From Nemertoderma westbladi (Eukaryota > Animalia > Xenacoelomorpha): DNA of 38,355 bases. The notes under the pieces are model-generated. The model did not search any database. It was not told the DNA's origin and saw nothing but the letters and a program-made list of their open reading frames with translations. Positions 33,474 through 38,355 of the stretch are shown piece by piece (position 1 is the stretch's first letter; each line of letters opens with the position of its first letter). A program made the translations under genes and the position numbers. Where the stretch lies: the NCBI GenBank assembly GCA_032718475.1, contig JAUCBJ010001683.1, forward strand, positions 1 through 38,355. Direction: 5' to 3'.

Positions 33474-36400
33474 ATATTATTATTATTTTTTTTTAATCAT
33501 TACACCCCAGGCGGGGTAAGAGTCAGTTTAATTATTTCAATATATATAAGTTATAATTATTATAGCACAAAATTCGAAACCGTAAAATAGGTAGGTACAG
33601 TACTAATATTATGTAAATAATTTTTTAGAGTTAGACGCAAGAATAGACAACCGAGGGCATTGAGGACAGACAAGGCAGTGATATCGGTCAGAGCAGCGTA
33701 GGTCACATGCAATGGTGTTGGGTTCAGACATATTTTAAAATGGAATCCGTGGGAAGTAGCTCGAGTAATTACATGTCTGTTAGTCTGATGGGGGCGTTTC
33801 CATATATCTGATTTAAAAGCTGGTCCATTTGAATATCCTTCATTGATAAAATTTGATTCTCGGTCAGCCCGGTGTATCCTGTATGATGATATAATATCGC
33901 GATTGAATGTGTTGGGATTATGTTCTAGAATTTATCTGATGAAAGTTTTCTGTGGGATATGTTTGAGAGCCATTGTTTATGAAGCAGATTTATGAAGTGC
34001 GAGCATTGATATGACAAAATCAGTTTTATCAATTTCTTTCAGATGGGTGAATGTGAAAAATGGGCCGATTTCTGTAAAGGAATATGTTACTAGGGGGTAT
34101 ATTTTCATATTAAATATTTCAATCGCAGTTTCTGTAGATAATAATCGCAGGTGTTGAAGTGAGCCAATAACTCCGAACGCTTTCATTTTCTTTAGCTTTA
34201 TGTGTGTTGAGAAAGATGAGGAAGGCTGAAGTGTTATTCCAAGATATTCATAGTTGTTCACCAATTTAACATTATTATTTCCATATATAAAAGTGTCGTC
34301 CTTACTAAAGCGTCCACCTTTACGGAACTTCACGATCTTAGTTTTCAGTAGATTCACTTCCATTCCATTTGAGTTGCACCAAGCGAATATGACATCGAGA
34401 GCTGATTGGATATCCTTTTTGTTTCTAGAATAAATAACTAGATCATCGGCATAGAATATGAACTTTAGCAGAGAAGCCACATTCCTAAGAGCAACTGCGA
34501 GATCTGTGATAAATATAATGAAGCAGGTGGGACTGAGACAGTCTCCCTGTAAAACGCCTGCGAGCTGTCTAATAAAATTCGAGAATCGTAGGCCGTCATT
34601 GACACGGAAATAATTGCACAATAAGTCCTTGATGAGGTTGTATGTTTTCCCACGAACACCAGAATTATACAACTTATTAAGTAAAACCTTTCTGCTAAGG
34701 AGGTCGAAGGCCTTTCTAAAATCTACAAATAATGCGTATGTTGTTCTATTTTCTCTCGTCGTTGAAGAAAAAGCCGCCGAAATATCGCGAAGAAGCTGAG
34801 ATGTTGCTTGTTTAGTGGATCTTCTCGCAGTAAAACTAAACTGTTCTATCGGAATGAAACCAGACAAGGCACGGCAAATTCTTTTGTTTATTGTTGACGT
34901 CAGGATTTTAAGTAGAATGCAAAGGAGAGCAATCCCGCAGTAATTGTCCGGGATTTGTAATTGTACCTTTACCCTTGTAGAGTATATTAATTACACTTTG
35001 CTTCCAGATAGATGGAAGATTACCAGATTCAAGGCTAACGTTATAAAGAAGAGTTATTATAGATAAAATAAACGGGGCTGCTTGTTTTATATGGTCGTAG
35101 AAAATACCATCCTGTCCACAAGCTTTCTTGTTCGGAAGGTTGGAGATAGTCTCGTAAATTTCATCATTTGTGAACTGGTGGTTGAACCATTCATTGGAGT
35201 TCAGCTCCGACTCCGTTGTTTCAGGTGGGGGCGGAGCATCGGCAGGGTCGTTGGGGGATCCAAGGAGCGACGTAAAGTGATCCTCAAGCATAGCAGCATC
35301 TATAGGAGCTACTGACGGCTTGAATCTGTGTTTGAAGATGGACCAAGGGGTAATTTCCACGCGGGATTTCCGATTTAAAAGTTCTAAATTTTCATAAGAA
35401 ATACGTTTACTAGTTATCAGAGATTTGTATTGTTTACGGAGGCACCAATAATGCGTGGTATCGTCTTCTGAGATATGTCTTATCCACATTGCAGCCAGTA
35501 GAGATGATTTTAAACTCCTGCAGTAATCATCAAACCAAGGTTTCCCATGAACAATACGAGGGCGAATCAAGTTGGTAGAATCAGTTATTGCATCGTTTAG
35601 GAGTAGCGTAGCTGTATTAATATCTTTATGAGCAACCAAACTGTCAGTTACTTTGGGTAGATTGGGATGCCTAGACATTTTTTCTGGATCTAGTTGTCTA
35701 CTATAACGGTTCGGCCTGCAGTGTTCAGTTATAGAGTTTGAATCAACAGCGATTGTTACAGACATGGACTGATGTTTACGTAAAGGGTTTAAGTGGACTT
35801 TCAATTTTGGCAAACAGTTTGTAAATGCATGTGGGTAACGGATGAACATCAAATCTATTACACTTTCACCTCGAGGAGAAATATAGGTTGAAACAATCTA
35901 CCACAAAGGAAACTTGAAGAAGCGCCTGCAACCTCTAAACCAAGTCATACAACTGAAGAACAGGCTAAATTCATAAATTACTGTTACAGCATCAGTTGCA
36001 GCTTTTCAACAAAGCACCAGCGCCTACTAGAATTTTTCGGGATTTGAATCCGCAATAATTTTTATTGTCCGTTTAAATCCTTTTTTTGTCCTTTATTTTT
36101 ATTTTTTATGTCCTCCAAAGGTCTAATGTTAGGTAAACAAAGAAAGGATAGATTATTTAAGTGATCTACAAGGTCCCTGCCACGAATACCGCTATCCAGT
36201 CTACAATTGAAATCCCCAGAAATTACAATAGGCAAACTATTATCTGTAAACGAAATAGCTTGGTTTATTTGAAAAGTTAAATCTTCTAGGGGCGTATCAG
36301 GAGTGAAGTAAAACACTGCAAAGAAGCCGACATGAGATTTAAACACTATTCGGTCTGATACAACAAACGATGGACTCAAACTCGGTTTACATAGTGCAAG

Positions 36401-37620
36401 TAAACCCTGCGATGGACGACCCCGGTCGCCCTTTAAGGCCGGTTGGACAAAAGGGTAATAATTCAGAAAGTTAATAGTAGGCTTTACATAGAAGGTTTCA
36501 GTGAAGAGTAATACGTCAGCGTCGCCACATAGTTCATTATCATCCAAATTGTCGCGAAGAAACTGTAGGCCTTCAACATTCCAAAGAGAAATGTTGAGGC
36601 ACAAGTTCGAACCTACTGGGGGGGGGGGGGGGGGCTGCGATTGGATACGAGTGTCGAGATGAAGGTTGGAAGAAGGTTGGAAATCCGATGTTAATGGGGG
36701 CCACATTGCATTGCTGGGAGCCGGGGGGCGGGGACATGCACCATACCGAGTGCGTTCGTCCCCGCGCAAGTGATAATTCCGGATGGTTATTCCATCTGCC
36801 CAGATCCGAGGGTCCATGACTGACTCCCGGTCATTCTGGTTACAGACGATGTGGAAACTGGCGAATGGTGGAGGAGGAGTATCGGGTATTAATCTAGGAA
36901 CAACTTTGTTGATTTCCATGAAGGGAATTTCTTCGCCGATGAGATACGTTGAGATGTCCTCGGTAGTTGTAAACGGATCTAGTCTGCCGATAAAGATGTG
37001 CGCCTTGCGCGGAGGAGGCATATATTCAGCCATGCGAAGGGGACCACCCACCTTTACACTGCGGGTAGTCTGAGTCAGAACTCAAGCACGCTGTGAGGGT
37101 GGGCCTGGAAGTGTAGCGGCAGCCGGAGGGGGGCCCCGTGAGCCATCGCCAAGGATCACATTCGCGTAGGATGCTGCAGGAGCAACGTTGGAGACAAATC
37201 CGGTAGCGGTAGGGCGGCCGGGGTTGGCGGCTCCAGCTGGGCGGGTGGCGTAACTGGTAGGGTTGGCTTGTAACTTAATCATGTTGTCCTTCGAGGAGAG
37301 TGCTTCCTGTTGTGCGTTAGCCAGTTTACCCAAACAGGAGGTATACATCGAGGTCATGGCCATTAGCCTATCAACCACCAACTTCTCATCGTTGTTGGAT
37401 ATACTCTTCTTCACTTTAGCAGCTCTGAATACTCGAATTAGTTCATCCAGGTGAGCAAGGAAGGTATCGGCATCCATCTGTGTTACGTAAGTTAAACAAA
37501 ATATGAAGATGAATTTAGAAAGAATAGTACAGCAGTAGGCAGTATCAGCAGTACAGCAGTAGGTAATGCGTTCAGAGGTCAATTCGTACCGGTCTGGTAT
37601 GAATAATCTAATCAAAGAAT
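33474..37620 (-). mobile_element. Decayed near-full-length LINE related to 14442-18320
   Basis: ORF1 (37082-37473); RRM-like plus APE (36062-37051; LWNVEGL, FTETF, SGDFNCR); linker (34908-35852); RT (33977-34867; VDFRKAFD, GVLQGDCLSP, YADD, KFRKGG); (TAA)n/A tail at ~33474-33493. Confidence 0.88.
35901..36121. other. ~220-bp insertion splitting the APE domain
   Basis: APE sequence stops at NLSFLCLPNI and resumes at VSTYISPRGESVIDL; TCTA lies on both sides (35897-900 and 36122-25). Confidence 0.55.
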
Positions 37621-37834
37621 ATTATGGAGGAAACTTTTTACGGATTTTACGGGGGTAATTAATATATTTCATGTTTAAAAATTTCCAACACTAGGTCCCT
37701 ATCTCTGCATTTTGCTACATAAACTGTCTTAGAAAACAATAATTGGCTGGACTTAGTGTTTTAACTTCAAAAGTTACTGTATCATTTATAATACAGTTCC
37801 GGTAACAACCACTTAATAAACTATTTATAATACT

Positions 37835-38355
37835 GTGCTATTACAAAGAGAGAAAAAAGGAAAAGAGGAGACAGATCCAGCTGCATACAGGCCTATTTCG
37901 AGCATGTCTATTTTTGCTAAAGTATTTGAGGCGACTATTCTCAAACATTACCTGGCTGATATTACAAAACACCATCCGGCTCAACTAGTATATCAAATGG
38001 AATTGGCCCGGATATAATTATCTCTACAATTCTAGAACAACTTGAACATAACCGCCAGGCTTTCTTGCCAACCTTTGTAGGCCAGGTTGACATTGATTCT
38101 GTAGAGATTGAGTCGATTACTGGAGGTCCTAAACCCCTTCATATGTAGGTAGTGTCCTCTTCAGATACTACAGACTAAGAGTAATGTTTATATGTATGGA
38201 TGACAGTGTAGATATTGATGGCTCCAAGGTGAATATAGGAGTCAAACAAGGATCCCTCATCTCCCCATATCTCTTTAATTTCTTCACACAACCTATCTAC
38301 GACACTCTATGCCCCATGGATACAGGTAACAACAGATGGCCAATGAGACATGTTA
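37835..38355 (+). mobile_element. Decayed LINE RT fragment running to the window edge
   Basis: KGKEETDPAAYRPISSMSIFAKVFE, then GVKQGSLISPYLFNFF at ~38238-38285. Confidence 0.75.

Overview
AT-rich eukaryotic (invertebrate metazoan-type) DNA made almost entirely of nested transposable elements; no host gene is recognisable. From left to right: (1) a foldback palindromic element (~1455-4763) whose left arm carries a Helentron/HINE-like tandem-repeat element and a Nin-type tRNA SINE; (2) a CR1/L2-type LINE ORF with a 2A-like GDIETNPGP motif and a PHD finger fused in frame to RT, with no endonuclease; (3) a decayed minus-strand BEL/Pao LTR element, split by a 10.7-kb ISL2EU transposon (AT TSD; spliced THAP-DDE transposase convergent with a YqaJ exonuclease) and by a non-autonomous piggyBac; the ISL2EU itself contains a hairpin MITE, a truncated LINE and a full-length LINE with a 25-bp TSD; (4) a 4.7-kb Polinton/Maverick-like mini-element (AGTAGT ends, 6-bp GATACA TSD, ~1.4-kb TIRs, one chimeric zinc-finger gene, no polymerase, integrase or capsid) inside a probable LTR; (5) a second BEL gag, an RTE fragment, a decayed relative of the full-length LINE and another RT fragment. 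The mini-Polinton is the best candidate for an undescribed system. All family assignments come from motif recognition by eye, not database searches.
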